A stretch of DNA of 64,000 bases, from assembly GCA_030390025.1 (NCBI GenBank), contig CM059432.1, positions 96,350,001 to 96,414,000 on the forward strand, in the 5' to 3' direction. This document shows positions 8,939 to 21,510 of this stretch, in pieces. Source of the stretch: Squalus acanthias. Taxonomy: Eukaryota. Position 1 is the stretch's first letter; the number at the start of each line of letters is the position of its first letter. The notes under the pieces were generated by a model. The model saw only the letters and a list, made by a program, of their open reading frames with translations, searched no databases and was not told the origin of the DNA. The position numbers and the translations under genes are program-made.

Positions 8939-11900
8939 TGTGGCGGATCGCCACCTAAACGGGCATTATCCACTCTTCCGTCCGTGGACAATATATCGAG
9001 CACCTTCCCTTTAAGGCACCTTACCTTTAAGGCAGGAGTGGGCGGGGCCTCAGGGCTTTTCCAGATAATTCTGGGAGTTGTCTGTTCAGCCATTTTGTAC
9101 CATGCAGTTGTATTAAAAAAGTCTCTTGTTTTCCGCACATGGATTCAGCCTTAATTCGTGTTTCGCGGCAGCCTCAACATTAGTGACCCCGACGCTCAGA
9201 ACGTATTCCGAGCACTGCAATGGCGGACACGAACACAGTTTCCGTGAAACTGCCGGAGTTTTGGGAAAACCAGCCCGAAGCCTGGTTTCTCCAAGCTGAA
9301 TCTCGCTTCCGGCTGCGAAACATCACCACAGATAGGACGCAGTACGACGACCTCGTCACATCACTCGGTAGCGCCACAGTTTCGAAGGTTTGGACGGCGC
9401 TGCAGAACCCACCAGAGGAAGGCAAGTACGCACATCTCAAGACAGCGCTCCTTAAAAAATTTACAGTGTCGGCATATCAGCGAAACTGCCACCTCCTCGA
9501 CCTTCCAGGCCTCGGTGATGCCTCACCGTCAGACCTCCTCTCCCACATGCTCTTCCTCACCGACTAGAGCCCACCCGGATCCCTCTCCCGCACGCTGTTC
9601 ATCCGCCAGCTCCCTCTCAGCATCCGCCCAGCGATCGTGGCGTCCGGCCTCACGAACCTGGAAGCCCTGGCCGATGAGGCCGACAAGCTGCTGTCCGCTC
9701 ACTCCAGCCGCGATGTCACTCCAGACCTGGCAGCCAATGCCTGGGCGCGCCCCTCACCGGCCACCACGCGGACACAAGGGCCTGCCACCAGGCCCACGGG
9801 GTCTTCACTCCCCACTAACCCAGGCCACTGTTACTACCACGCACGGTTCGGCGCCAGGGCACAACGGTGCACACCTCCCTGCTCTTTCAAGTCCGCCCCC
9901 GTACCAGCCCTCGCGATGGCCGTGGGCCACGCGGGCTCCCTGCTGTTCATCACGGATGACAAAACCGGCCGCCGGTTCCTGTGCGACACTGGGGCTCAGC
10001 ACAGCATCATCCCGGCCTCCTCCCTCGACATCCAAAAGGCCGAACGAGGACCGGCGCTGGCTGCTGCTAACGGCTCGGAAATCTGGACGTATGGCACCCG
10101 GACAGTCACCCTCGACCTCGCTGGTCGCCGCTAACGATGGGAGTTCATCACTGCCAAGGTGCTCTCCCCTCTCATCAGCGCAGATTTCCTGTGCGCCCAC
10201 GGCCTACTGGTAGACATCCCCCGTCACCGCCTCGTGGACATGAGCACCATGTCCCCCATCCTGGGCGTCATGGCCCCCCGTCAACCCGCCGACATGGCGT
10301 CACAGTGCCATGCCCGGGCCACGGATGACTACTCGGCACCCCTGGCCGAATTCCCGGCCCTTACCAATCCGACCTTCTCCGCGGAGGCCGCCAAACACGG
10401 GGTGGAACACTTCATCCCCACCACAGGCCCCCCAGTGTACGCCCACGCCCGCAGGCTGGACCCGACCAAACTGGAGATTGCGCGGACCGAGTTTGCCACC
10501 ATGGAACAGCTCAGCATCATCCGCCGCTCCAACAGTCCCTGGGCCTCCCCACTCCACATCGCCCCCAAACCAGGCGGAGGTTGGCACACCTGCGGGGATT
10601 ACCGCCACCTCAACGTGCCACCACCCCTGATCGGTACCCCGTGCCGCACATTCAGGACTTCTCGGCTAGACTGGCCGGCCGCTCAGTCTTTTCCAAGGTC
10701 AACCTGGTGCGTGGCTATCACCCGTCCACCCCGCGGACGTCCCCAAGACGGCCGTAATCACCCCCTTCGGCCTGTTCGAGTTCCTGTGGATGCCCTTCGG
10801 CCTCAAAAACGCGGCCCAGGAATTCCAACGGCTCATGGACTCGGTCCTTCGGGACCTGAAGTTCCTGTTCGTCTACCTGGACGACATCCTGGTAGCCAGT
10901 TCCTCCAAGCAGGAACACCTCGAACACCTTCGCATCCTGTTCGGGCGCCTCAGCGACCACGGGCTCATCCTCAGCCCAGCCAAATGCCAGTTCGGCCTGG
11001 ACAAGATCGACTTCCTCGGCCACCACATCACCCATGCTGGGGCCATTCCCCTGCCCACCAAGGTGCAGGCCGTCCAACAATTTCCCCGCCCCACCAACAT
11101 CAAAGGCCTCCAGGAGTTCCTCGGGATGGTGAATTTCTATAACCGCTTCATCCCCAAAGCGGCGTCCCTCATGAGGCCCCTGTATGAAGCCCTCCGGGGC
11201 AGGAGTGGCAAGATGGCGGTCGAATGGACGGCAGACGCGTCCGCCGCCTTCGACTCCACCAAGACCGCACTCGCCAACGCCACCCTGCTCGCGCACCCAC
11301 GGCCCAATGCCAGGGTAGCGCTCACCACGGACGCCTCCGACCACGCGGTCGGCGCCGTGTATGAGCAGTGGGTCGACGGTGCCTGGCAACCACTTGCCTT
11401 CTTCAGCCGTCAACTACGCCCCCCGGAGGTCAAGTACAGCACCTTCGACCGCGAGCTCCTCGCGCTGTTCCTGGCGGTCCGCCATTTCCGGTTTTTGCTT
11501 GAGGGCCACCCCTTCACTGCGTTTGTCGACCACAAGCCCCTGACATTCGCAATGGCAAAGACAACCGACCCCTGGTCCGCCAGGCAGCAGCGCCAGCTCG
11601 CGGCAGTGTCCGAGTTCACCACAGACATCCAACACGTCTCCGGCCGAGACAATGTGGTAGCCGACTGCTTCTCCCGCCCCGCCATCCACGCCGCACACCT
11701 GGCAGTCGACTACGCTCAACTCGCAGCAGACCAGATCACCGACCCTGATCTGCTCTCCGCACCTACCAACCTACCAGGGCTACGCCTGGCCGACGTCGCC
11801 TGTGGCCCGACCGCAGTCACGGTCAAGTGCAACATATCCCTATGTCAATCTCAGCCCGTCATCCCAGCGTCCTGGCGCTGCCGGGTATTTGACATTCTCC

Positions 11901-13285
11901 GCAACCTCTCCCACCCCGGCGCCCGCGCATCCATCAAATTGGTAGCCAACCGCTTCGTCTGGCGCGGCCTTCGCAAGGATGTGCGTACTTGGGCCAACTC
12001 CTGCCTAGCCTGCCAATGGGCCAAGGTACAGCAACACACGAAAGCACCCCTCGAGGAGTTTACCGTCCCCTCGCGGAGATTCGACCACATCCACGTGGAC
12101 ATCGTCGGGCCCCTGCCGCCATCGCAAGGCCACACGCACTTGCTGACCATCGTTGACCGCACCACACGCTGGCCCGAGGCAATTCCACTGACCTCTACCA
12201 CCACCGCCGACATCACCAGAGCCTTCGTCAGCACCTGGGTCGCACGGTTCGGCGTCCCCTCTGACATGACGTTGGACAGAGGTCCGCAATTTACCTCTGA
12301 ACTCTGGACCGCCGTCGCACGCAATCTCGGGGTGACCATTCACCGCACCACAGCGTACCACCCCCAAGCCAATGGACTGTGTGAGCGGTTCCACAGATCC
12401 TTGAAGGCACCTCTTCGAGCCAGCCTCCAGGACGGCGCCTGGACCGACCGACTTCCGTGGGTCCTCCTCGGCCTGCGCACCGCGGTTAAAGAAGACCTCC
12501 ACGCATCGGCAGCAGAGCTCGTGTACGGTCAGCCGCTGCGCATACCCGCCGAGTTCCTGCCCACCGCCACGACACCCTGGTCAGCCGACCAGCAATGCCA
12601 CGACTTCGCCTCACCGCCGCTGCAGTTCGCCCGGTGCCCATTGCCCGACACGGCGAATCCACCTCACACGTCCCACTAAGCCTGCACCAGGCACGGTTTG
12701 TTTTCGTCCGGCACGACGCCCACCACGGACCCCTTCAACCCCCGTACGACGGGCCCTACAAGGTGCTACAGGCTGGGGACAAATTTTTCACCCTGCAAGT
12801 GGGCGACAGGACTGAAAAAGTGTCGGTTGACCGACTCAAGCCAGCACACTTGGAGCCCGGTGAGCAGGTCCCTGTAGCTTGTCCACCTCCACGCGGCCGA
12901 CCTGCCCTCAAGCCGGTTCACCCGACTGCTCCACGCCTGGCCGTTCCACGTCCACCGGCTTCCTACAAGAGCCGCTCCGGCCGGCCCATCAGACCGCCGC
13001 ACCGTCTCGTCCACACCTCCTAAGCGGATTCTGGGGGGAGCTGTGTGGCGGATCGCCACCGAAACGGGCATTATCCACTCTTCCGTCCGTGGACAATATA
13101 TCGAGCACCTTCCCTTTAAGGCACCTTACCTTTAAGGCAGGAGTGGGCGGGGCCTCAGGATTTTTCCAGAGAATTCTGGGAGCTGTCTGTTCAGCCATTT
13201 TTGTACCAGGCTGTTGTACTAAAAAAGTCTCTTGTTTTCCGCACATGGATTCAGCCTTAATTCGTGTTTCGTGGCAGCCTCAACA
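8939..13285 (+). mobile_element. Full-length Ty3/Gypsy LTR retrotransposon
   Basis: LTRs 8939-9179 and 13044-13285 (TG...CA). 4-bp TSD GCAT (8935-8938, 13286-13289). PBS t-TAGTGACCCCGACG resembles the tRNA-Trp PBS TGGTGACCCCGACG. PPT ggggggag at 13033-13040. Confidence 0.96.
9220..13023 (+). pseudogene. Gypsy gag-pol (gag, protease, RT, RNase H, integrase), disrupted
   Basis: KLPEFW...WFLQAE gag start; FLCDTGA protease; SPWASPLH, MPFGLKNA, YLDD; TDASD and DRELLA RNase H; HVDIVGP, DRGPQF, QANGLCERF integrase; YDGPY. Stops at 9565 and 10132; frameshifts near 10615-10730 and 12610. Confidence 0.93.
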
Positions 13286-13467
13286 GCATGAACTATTTAC
13301 AGGTTAGTTGCTAGATTATTTCTTCTGGCTGCTGGTGCAATTGTAAGCATTTTTGGAGCTTTCGTATGCTTGGCTAAAGTTTTATAGTCTGCAGGGAGTG
13401 GTCTGGCTGGTGTTGAAGTATTTTTTGTTGATTTAAAAACTTGTGCCGAAACAAGTTGCTTCCAGAC

Positions 13468-14850
13468 ATGGGTGGCCTTGTCGGGTTTCCTCTGGAATTG
13501 AGCATGACTGGGAAAATGAAGAGAGTTCACACAGAGCAGGACAAGCTGCTAGAAGAGAAGGGGGGAGGCTGGGGAGAAGGGCTCTCAGCAGGAGGCCATA
13601 TCCGTACAGGGTCTTTAGGGAGTAATTCTCTTACCTCAACTTCAGCGAGGATCAGTGCTTGAGATGTCTTCACTTCACAAAAGAGGTCGAGACTGAAATC
13701 TGCCAACTGCTGCAGCCACAACTGCAACCTCAAACTAGGGCAACGACAGCATTGCCAGTGACTGTCAAGGTGACCGTGGCTCTTAACTTTTATGCGTCTG
13801 GATCCTTCCAGGCTGCTGCTGGAGATACAAGCAACATCTCACAATTTGCAGTACACTGCTGCATAAGGGAGGTCATGGAGGCTCTCTATACACAGAGAGA
13901 CAGCTTCATCTCATTCCCTCTTGCCAGAGGCAAGCAGATGGAGCGAGCACGAGTGTTTACACGGATTTCAGGCTTCCCCATGGTGCAGGGTGCCATTGAC
14001 TGCACACACATTGCCTTGCGTGCGCCTCTTGTAAGCATAGCCATTTTCACGAACTGAAAGAGATTCCACTCACTCAATGTACAGCTGGTGTGTGGCCACA
14101 GGCAGCGCATCATGCAGGTGAATGCCCGTTATCCTGGCAATAGTCATGATTCATTCATTCTGCGGCAGTTCTCTGTGCCAGCTGTAATTGACCCACCATG
14201 GCAGGTCGAAGGCTGGCTACTGGGTGACCAGGGTAATCCACTCATGACATGGCTCATAACTTCAGTCCAGAACCCACACATACGTGCACAGCAGGCCTAC
14301 AATGAGAGCCATGCTGCCACAAGGAACATTATAGAGCACCCTCAAGCAGCACTTCTTCTGTTGTGGGTTCAAGTCCCACTCTAGAGACTTGAGCAGAAAA
14401 ATCTAGGCTGAGATTCCAGTGTTGTACTGAGGGAGCGCTGCACTGTCTGAAGTGCCGTTTTTCGGATGAGACATTAAACCGAGGTTCCGTCTGCTCTCTC
14501 AGGTGGATGTAAAAGATCCCATGGCACTATTCGAAGAAGAGCAGGGGAGTTATCTCTGGTGTCCTGACCAATATTTATCCCTCAACCAACATCACTAAAA
14601 CAAATGATCTGGTCATTATCTCATTGCTGTTTGTGGGAGCTTGCTGTGCGCAAATTGGCTGCTGCGTTTATTACATTACAACAGTGACTACACTTCAGAA
14701 AGTACTTCGTTGGCAGTAAGGCGCTTTGGGACATTCAGTGGTCGTGAAAGGCGCTAGTCTTTCTTTCTTTCTTTCTTTCTTTCTTTGCAGGAACCAGTCT
14801 GGAAGAGACCTGCAGTACTTAGCTGAGCAAGTATCAAGATTTGCGGTAGT
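13468..14850 (+). pseudogene. Harbinger DDE transposase (HARBI1-like), disrupted
   Basis: VALNFYASGSFQ, GFPMVQGAIDCTH, HSLNVQLVC, ARYPGNSHDSFIL, WLLGD, YNESHAATRNIIE. Contains stops/frameshifts and a SINE insertion. Confidence 0.9.
14360..14786 (+). mobile_element. Deu-domain tRNA-derived SINE (SacSINE1-like), 5'-truncated
   Basis: B-box gggttcaagtcc; Deu core gagacattaaaccgagg...gtaaaagatcccatggcactattcgaagaagagcagggg; tail gtgaaaggcgct followed by (TTTC)n. Confidence 0.85.
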
Positions 14851-14999
14851 ATGCTGCACTGTCACCGACCATCACATTGTCCTCGTTCCGACAACACAAA
14901 AATAAAAACCAACAGAAAATTCACAGTCTAATCCAAATTTATAAATTGAATCAATGCATACTGCATACAAAAATAAACTAATTACCCTTGTGCATTCCC

Positions 15000-16700
15000 T
15001 TAGTGTCTGTCTTCCATGTGCCTTTGACTCTCTTGCTGCTCCGACAAAGTGGCTGCAGCATGGTTGGTGGAAGGCTGCTGACTTCCAATTAAGGAGACTG
15101 CAGATCGCCTTGAAGGGCGACCTCGAGTGGCTCTGGGCCTAGAAGGTCTGGCTTCAGACCGCACCTTCTCAGCCTGGGTGGCAGCAGTCTGGAATCGCTG
15201 GCTGACAGGCAACAGCAAGGGCACTGGCATTGTGGCAGGGGTGGGAGCAGGAATGCTGTCATCCTGAGAGAGGACAGCAGGTTCGTACTCCATGGAGTCA
15301 CTGCCACTCCCCCGAGGCGGCGCCTCAGCAATCCTACTGATCTGTTGGAGAACAATTGATGCACTGTGTGACGCCCTGGAGGAAGCCCCTTTGAACAGTG
15401 GTATCCAGAGCCATGATGACAGCAATCTAAGCTTGCAAGGCAGCAGTCTGAGCTTCAACTGAGGCAGACCTTTGATGGAAGCTGTTTGTGCTGTAATGGA
15501 AGCTGTGACATCAGTCATCAGACGTTGCATCATGGTGGGTTCCACAGGTGTGTTGATGGAGTTGGCTACCCATTCCATGTTTGAAAGGATGGGCTCCAAG
15601 CTCTGTGCCAAGTTGGTGCTGGACTCCTCCGTGCTCCTTGACATTGAGCAGGCCTTCCAGTGCGCCAAGAATTTGGTTATTTACCCCCATCAGTCTTCTT
15701 CTGTAGTCTGGCCCATCGAAGTCCTCATCTGAGTCCTCTGCAGCAGAACCAGTGTGTGACCTCGGCCTCTGGTGAGCTGGTACCTGCTCTCTCCTTTCCC
15801 CCACCCTGGCTGCAGCGTACTTGTGTCCAGGGTCTCGCCACGTGCAGATCCCGCCTCTATGCTATCCTCTAAATTATGCGCAGTGTCCGTATCTGAGCTG
15901 GTGGCTGCGAGTGTGGAATCGAGTGACAGGTGTCTTCATCTTCACTGTCTTCCTGCTCTTCCTCCACTGCCTGGAAAGGTTGCAGTTTTTGGGTATCTGA
16001 AATGAAAAAGGGACAAGGGTTGGGTTGTGGTGGGGGAGAGGAGAAAGTAAGAAGTGCGTGCTTACACCATCTGCAGCTTGTAAGTCAGAAGTGAGTTATG
16101 GATGAGGGAGAAGTGGAATGTGAGAAGGACGATTACGTATGAGGATACCATCATCTTCTATGGTTTCAGCCCCGCCGGTGGCCACGGCTTCAGCACCGTC
16201 ATAATGGCCAGCACCGTCGTCTCTATGGGGGTTAGAACATGCAGGCACGACTCTCCCCCTTTGGTTAGTTCCTGCTGCCTCCGGTGGTGTGCCACCTTCT
16301 CCTACAAGAGAAAAGTAAGTGTGTCAGTGAGTGTCGTGCAATCTGTTTGGGTGATGTGGCTGTCATGGTTGAATAGCTGCCAGTATGTGCAAGCTGTGAG
16401 TTGTAGGTGTGAGGCTTGCAACAGTGCTAAATGTGTGAGGGTGTGGTGAAGATTATGAATGTTAGGTATGAGTCCTGATTGATAGAGATTGTCGTTAGGT
16501 GAGTGTTAGGGGTGTGGTGAATTGAGCAGTGGCTGAGGCTAGTGGTGCAGTTGGTGGGATATGGCATTTGAAGATGCGTTCACTGACCTTGAAAACTCAT
16601 GTGAGGTTAGTAAACTTCTTCTGGCACTGCATCCAGGTCCTTGGGGCTACACTCCAGCCATTAATCTCTACGGCTATCTGTTTCCACTGCCTTCTTATCA
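15000..16700 (-). pseudogene. Harbinger Myb/SANT-like accessory gene, 3 exons (~16700-16588, 16301-16149, 15996-15000), degenerate
   Basis: WKQIAVEING..RTWMQCQKKF; exon 2 begins EKVAHHRRQQELT; GT/AG boundaries can be read; exon 1 is truncated by a duplication. Confidence 0.75.
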
Positions 16701-17545
16701 TGTGAAATATAAAGGGACAAGGGTTGGGTTGTGGGGTGGGGAGAGGAGAAAGTAAGAAGTGCATACTTACACCAGCTGCAGCTTGTGAGTCAGAATAAAT
16801 TGTGGGATGAGGGAGAAGTGGGATAAGAGAAGGAGGATTAGGTATGCAGCTCCCCTCATCATCAACCCCTCCAGTGCCGCTAGTGACCACGGCCTCAGTG
16901 ATGCCCCTTCCCATGATGGTCTGCACTGTCTCCTCCATGGGGGTTAAACATGCAGGTGTGCTCCAGTTCCTTCCTGCTGCCTATTATTATGCCCAGATTG
17001 ACTTTTGAAAAAACTGCAACTACTTCATGCAGTCACAATGCACCTCTCCTTTAAGAGGTGCAGGCTGCCTTTAAGTAGCGCTAACCACTCCGGATACGTG
17101 CAGACAATGAACAGCGCAGGGAGGGTTGGCTGCACGCAACAATCATTTAAATGAGCAGGCAGCAACAATTTACCGTGCTGCCTTAAATGCAACGAATGGG
17201 CGCAGGTTGATCACGTACCGCATTCCCCACGCCTGTTTTCGGTGATTAGCCAATTAGCCAATTTCTCCCCCTTGGTCTGCTGCCTCTGACCACCAAAGTT
17301 TGTCAGAGGGAGGTCCCTTAATTTAAATGCCACTGGTGGGTGCACATGTCACTAAGGGCGCAAATTTTAGTGCAATTCTCTGTCACAGGGTGTGTGGTCC
17401 TCCCTCGTGAAGATCTGTGAAGCGACCTCGCAGCATCCTTTGTAAAGAGGCCAAAGTGTAAAGTAAAGCCTTGCTTCCTCTTTGGTGGTCCCGTTTATAG
17501 TACATATTTTTCATAAAGATAGCACTCCTTTAATATCGGCGTGAT

Positions 17546-18729
17546 TGTAAGGTTTCCAAAATTTGCAGATCCCCAAAACCTAAGGAAAAAGGACTTTGGA
17601 ACTACCCCAGAGTGATAAAAATGCATTTGGGCCTAACATAAGGAATTTAAGACCAAAAACCAAGTTTTGGCATTTTAAAAGGACATGTCTGAACATGTAA
17701 GGGAGAAAAGGCTGCACAGGAGGTGGGCTCAACCTCTAAATAGCAGTTTTGGGTATTGCATTGTCTGGGAATTGGGATGACCTCACTCAAGCCCCAGCAA
17801 GCATTAACATTTGGACAATAGGCCCTGGGAGAAGGCAGCCCCACCCAAAACACAGGCCTCATTAAAACCTATCACAGACCCATCAAAACCATGCATAATT
17901 CGAATAATTCAAGACACCTTTTGAAAATCCCCAGGCCCAGTCAAGAAACCCCAAACACGAGGACAATGCAAACTCCGATTAAACAACAGATCGACAGGAC
18001 GCAAGCCATTTGACACTTAGTAAACTCGTTACTGTTGACGAGGTCTTACAATGACCAGGATTTGATTTGGTTTTGATAAGGCCACTTCAATTTAGTATAA
18101 TTGAAGGCCCATCAAGCAGTTACAACAGTTGAAGTTCAGTAAGAAGAGAGTTCAGGACAAGCAGGCAGAACGCAATTTACACAGTTCTGCAAGAAGGCAG
18201 TTCCACAGCTCGGAAGAAGACAGTTTAAACAGAGGCAGAGTTACAGCAAGAAGTTCAACAAAGAAGGCCAATAACTTCACAAGCAGACCAACACACAAGA
18301 AGAAACCAGAGCGACTGCCTCAGTGACCATCGGACACCTCACGGCAACAAGGGCCTCACAAAACCTTTTACTGAAAAGACTCTAAACCCTAACTCTCAAC
18401 TGTCAAGGATTCGTTTGGTGAGCATTATCCCTGGTTCTCCAGAGTCCAACCTAGCTAGTGAAGTGGGATTGGGAGGGGTGAAGTATTCTTCGAATGTTAT
18501 TTCCGTCGCTTGTACCAAAGTGTTCCCCACCTTTAGAGTGATAAGTGTTTGTGTTGTGTTTTGCTTCCTTGAATAAAAGTCAAAGTTCTTTCATCAAAAC
18601 CTGTTGTCTACTGCACCTTTGTTCACAACCCCCAAATAAGTCCAAGGTTTAGAACCAGGTGCGTGGGAGTGATTCGAACCGCTCACTGAGTCAGAGGTGA
18701 GGCTGACCCCTACCACACCACCCCCTACA
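17546..18729 (+). mobile_element. Solo LTR (~1.18 kb)
   Basis: TGTAAGG...CCCTACA ends; 4-bp TSD TGAT (17542-17545, 18730-18733); TATA-like at ~18096; AATAAA at 18572. Confidence 0.85.
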
Positions 18730-19520
18730 TGATGATAAAGCTTCAGTCTTACTTTAATGTTATGAGTGCTTGTGTCTCGGTTAATATCAGAGTGTTATTG
18801 TAATGACATTATTGTAGCATATAAATAAATGTGCTGAAAATTGCAAACAATATTTATCATGTCTGCTTCGATTTTCAGAATCATCCTGAATTGGCTCAGT
18901 TATAACAGAACCCAAGCTGCCTTGTTGTGAATTCAGCATCTTGGGCAGTCTTTAAAGAACAAAATATTGATCTTCCCAAGATTTCTGATGGATAGCATTT
19001 TACACCGTTTTCAGTGAATGTTGTTTAAAAAGGCTGAAAGGTCACACTACTGGACTGAAGTCACAGAAGTAGAAAGAGCATTGAATGTTTCTGTACTCTG
19101 AATGTTGCTGTATTCAGCTGAGGAAATGGCTGAATCTCTGTGTTTTAGTACTCCAGTTGCTGCACCATAATAGTGTCTGGTAGTGTATATACTTGATATA
19201 GACCAAATCGGAGGTGGCGGCGGTGGGACATAAAGGAGAGAGTGGAGGAACAGCGCAACCTAATCGGAGGCTCCATTGGCAGTGGGACATAAAGGAGAGA
19301 GCGGAGGAACAGCACGGACTTAATCGGAGGCGGCGGCGGCCGACCCTTCCCCGATTTCAAAAAATGCCAAGGTGTGACGTCACAGGACAGCAGGTAAATG
19401 GTTGGTTGGTGAGTATTAAGGTTTTTTTTCTCTAAACTAAGAAAGTGGTTTATACTAGGAGCGGGAAACTATAACATATGGTACTAAATTTATAGCTTAA
19501 CTAGTTAAACTAATAGAGGT

Positions 19521-20440
19521 ATGGCAGGGCAGCTCAGTCCCGTGATTCGCACATCCTGTGCCATGTGGGAAATCCTGGACGCTTCTTGAGGCCTGGACGA
19601 CCACGTGTGCAGGGAGTGTCGCCAACTGTAGCAACTCGAGCTCCGGGTTTCGGAGCTTGAGCGGCAGCTGGAGTCACTACAGTGCATCCGCAGAAAGCAT
19701 GTCTCTAGAAGTGGTCACCCCGTAGCCTCAGAATGTGCAGGCAGAGAAGGAATGGTTGACCACCAGACAGAGAAGGAGGACCAGGCAGGTAGGGCAAGAA
19801 TCCCCAGAGTGCATCTCACTCACTAACCGGTTCACAGTTCTGGAAACTGGTGGGGGTGATGGCTCTTCTGGGGAGAGCAGTCAGAGCCAAGGCCACGGCA
19901 CCATGGGTGGCTCAGCTGCACAGGGGGGGAAGAAGAAGAGTGGAAGAGCAACGGTGATAGGGGATTCATTAGTTAGGGGAACAGAGAGGTGTTTCTGTGG
20001 ACGCAGGCATGACTCCAGGATGGTATGTTGCCTCCCTGGTGCCAGGGTCAAGGATGTCACTGAGCGGCTGCAGGACACTCTGAGGGGGGAGGGTGGACAG
20101 CCAGAGGTCATGGTCCATATTGATACCAACGACATAGGCAGAAAGAGGGATGAGGTCCTGCAGGCAGACTATAGGGAGCTAGGAAAGAGATTAAAAAGCA
20201 GGATCTCAAAGGTAGTAATCTCCGGATTGCCCCTGGTGCCACGTGCTAGTGAGTACAAGAATAGGAGGAGAGAACAGATGAATGCGTGGCTGGAGAGATG
20301 GTGCAGGAGGGAGGGCTTTAGATTCCTGAAGCATTGGGACCATTTTTGGGGTAGGTGGGACCTGTACAAGCCGGACGGGTTACAGCTCAATGGAGCCAGG
20401 ACCAATATTCTCACGGGGAGGTTTGCTAGTGCTGTTGGGC
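19521..20440 (+). pseudogene. CR1 ORF1 (Cys/leucine-zipper region + SGNH esterase)
   Basis: MAGQLSPV..SCAMWE..CREC; VIGDSLVR, CLPGARV, HIDTND, DGLQLN; in-frame stops. Confidence 0.85.
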
Positions 20441-20869
20441 AGGGGGATGGGCACCAGCATATAGGAGTAGAAAGGAGGAATAAGGTGCATAAAAGAGTGA
20501 GTGTGTTGGATAGTACTAGAGAGGAAGTAGTATTAGAGGTGGAAGTAGTACCATATTAGAGAAGAGCAGACTAAGAAAGACTACGAAAAATTCAAAAATG
20601 GGTTTAGAATGCATGTACGTAAATTCACAAAGTGTGATGAATAAGGTTGGTGAGCTACAAGCATAATTGGCCGTGTGGCAATATGATATTGTGGCAATAA
20701 CGGAAGCGGTGAGGACTGGGCACTTAATATTCAAGGTTACAAGGTGTTCAGAAAAGATAGGGAAGGAAAAAAGGGAGGTGGGGTGGCAGTGCTGATTAAG
20801 GAAGACCTTGTAGTGTTGGAAAGGGAGGATGTTCTTGAGGGGACAAGGACAGAATCCATTTGGTTAGAG

Positions 20870-21510
20870 TTTTTTTTAATTCGTTTTATGGGATCTGGGC
20901 GTCGCTGGCAAGGCCAGCATTTATTGCCCATCCCTAGTTGCCCTTGAGAAGGTGGTGGTGAGCCGCCTTCTTGAACCGCTGCAGTCCGTGTGGTGATGGT
21001 ACTCCCACAGTGCTGTTAGGTAGGGAGTTCCATGATTTTGACCCAGCGACGATGAAAGATCCGCAATATACTTCTAAGTCAGGATGGTGTGTGACTTGGA
21101 GGGAACTTAGAGGTGGTGGTGTTCCCATGCGCCTGCTGCCCTTGTCCTTCTAGGTGGAAGAGGTCGCGGGTTTGGGAGGAGCTGTCGAAGAAGCCTTGGC
21201 GAGTTGCTGCAGTGCATCTTGTAGATGGTACACACTGCAGCCATGGTACGCCGCTGGTGGAGGGAGTGAATGTTTAAGGTGGTGGATGGGGTGCCAATCA
21301 AGCGGGCTGCTTTGTCCTGGATGGTGTCGAGCTTCTTGAATGTTGTTGGAGCTGCACTCATCCAGGCAAGTGGAGAGTATTCCATCACACTCCTTACTTG
21401 TGCCTTGTAGATGGTGGAAAGGCTTTGGGTAGTCAGGAGGTGAGAAACTCGCCACAGAATACCTAGCCTCTGACCTGCTCTTGTTGCCACAGTATTTATC
21501 TGGCCAGTTG
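20870..21510 (-). mobile_element. 3' fragment of a second CR1/jockey-group LINE family inserted into CR1
   Basis: YKAQVRSVMEYSPLAW and tail gggcaataaatgctggccttgccagcgacgccc, nearly identical to 35370-35985. Confidence 0.85.

Larger units (their letters stand above)
8647..17270. mobile_element. PIF/Harbinger DNA transposon (degenerate), carrying Gypsy and SINE insertions
   Basis: Convergent HARBI1-like transposase (+) and Myb/SANT gene (-). Ends gggg...aaattgg and ccaatttctcccc are degenerate TIRs, so boundaries are approximate. Confidence 0.75.

Noticed and set aside
9565..9567. TAG after gag as programmed readthrough
   Set aside because: Falls mid-gag in a copy with other stops and frameshifts; decay is simpler.
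9515..12502. Many overlapping and antisense ORFs within the Gypsy
   Set aside because: Shadow frames of GC-rich gag-pol sequence.
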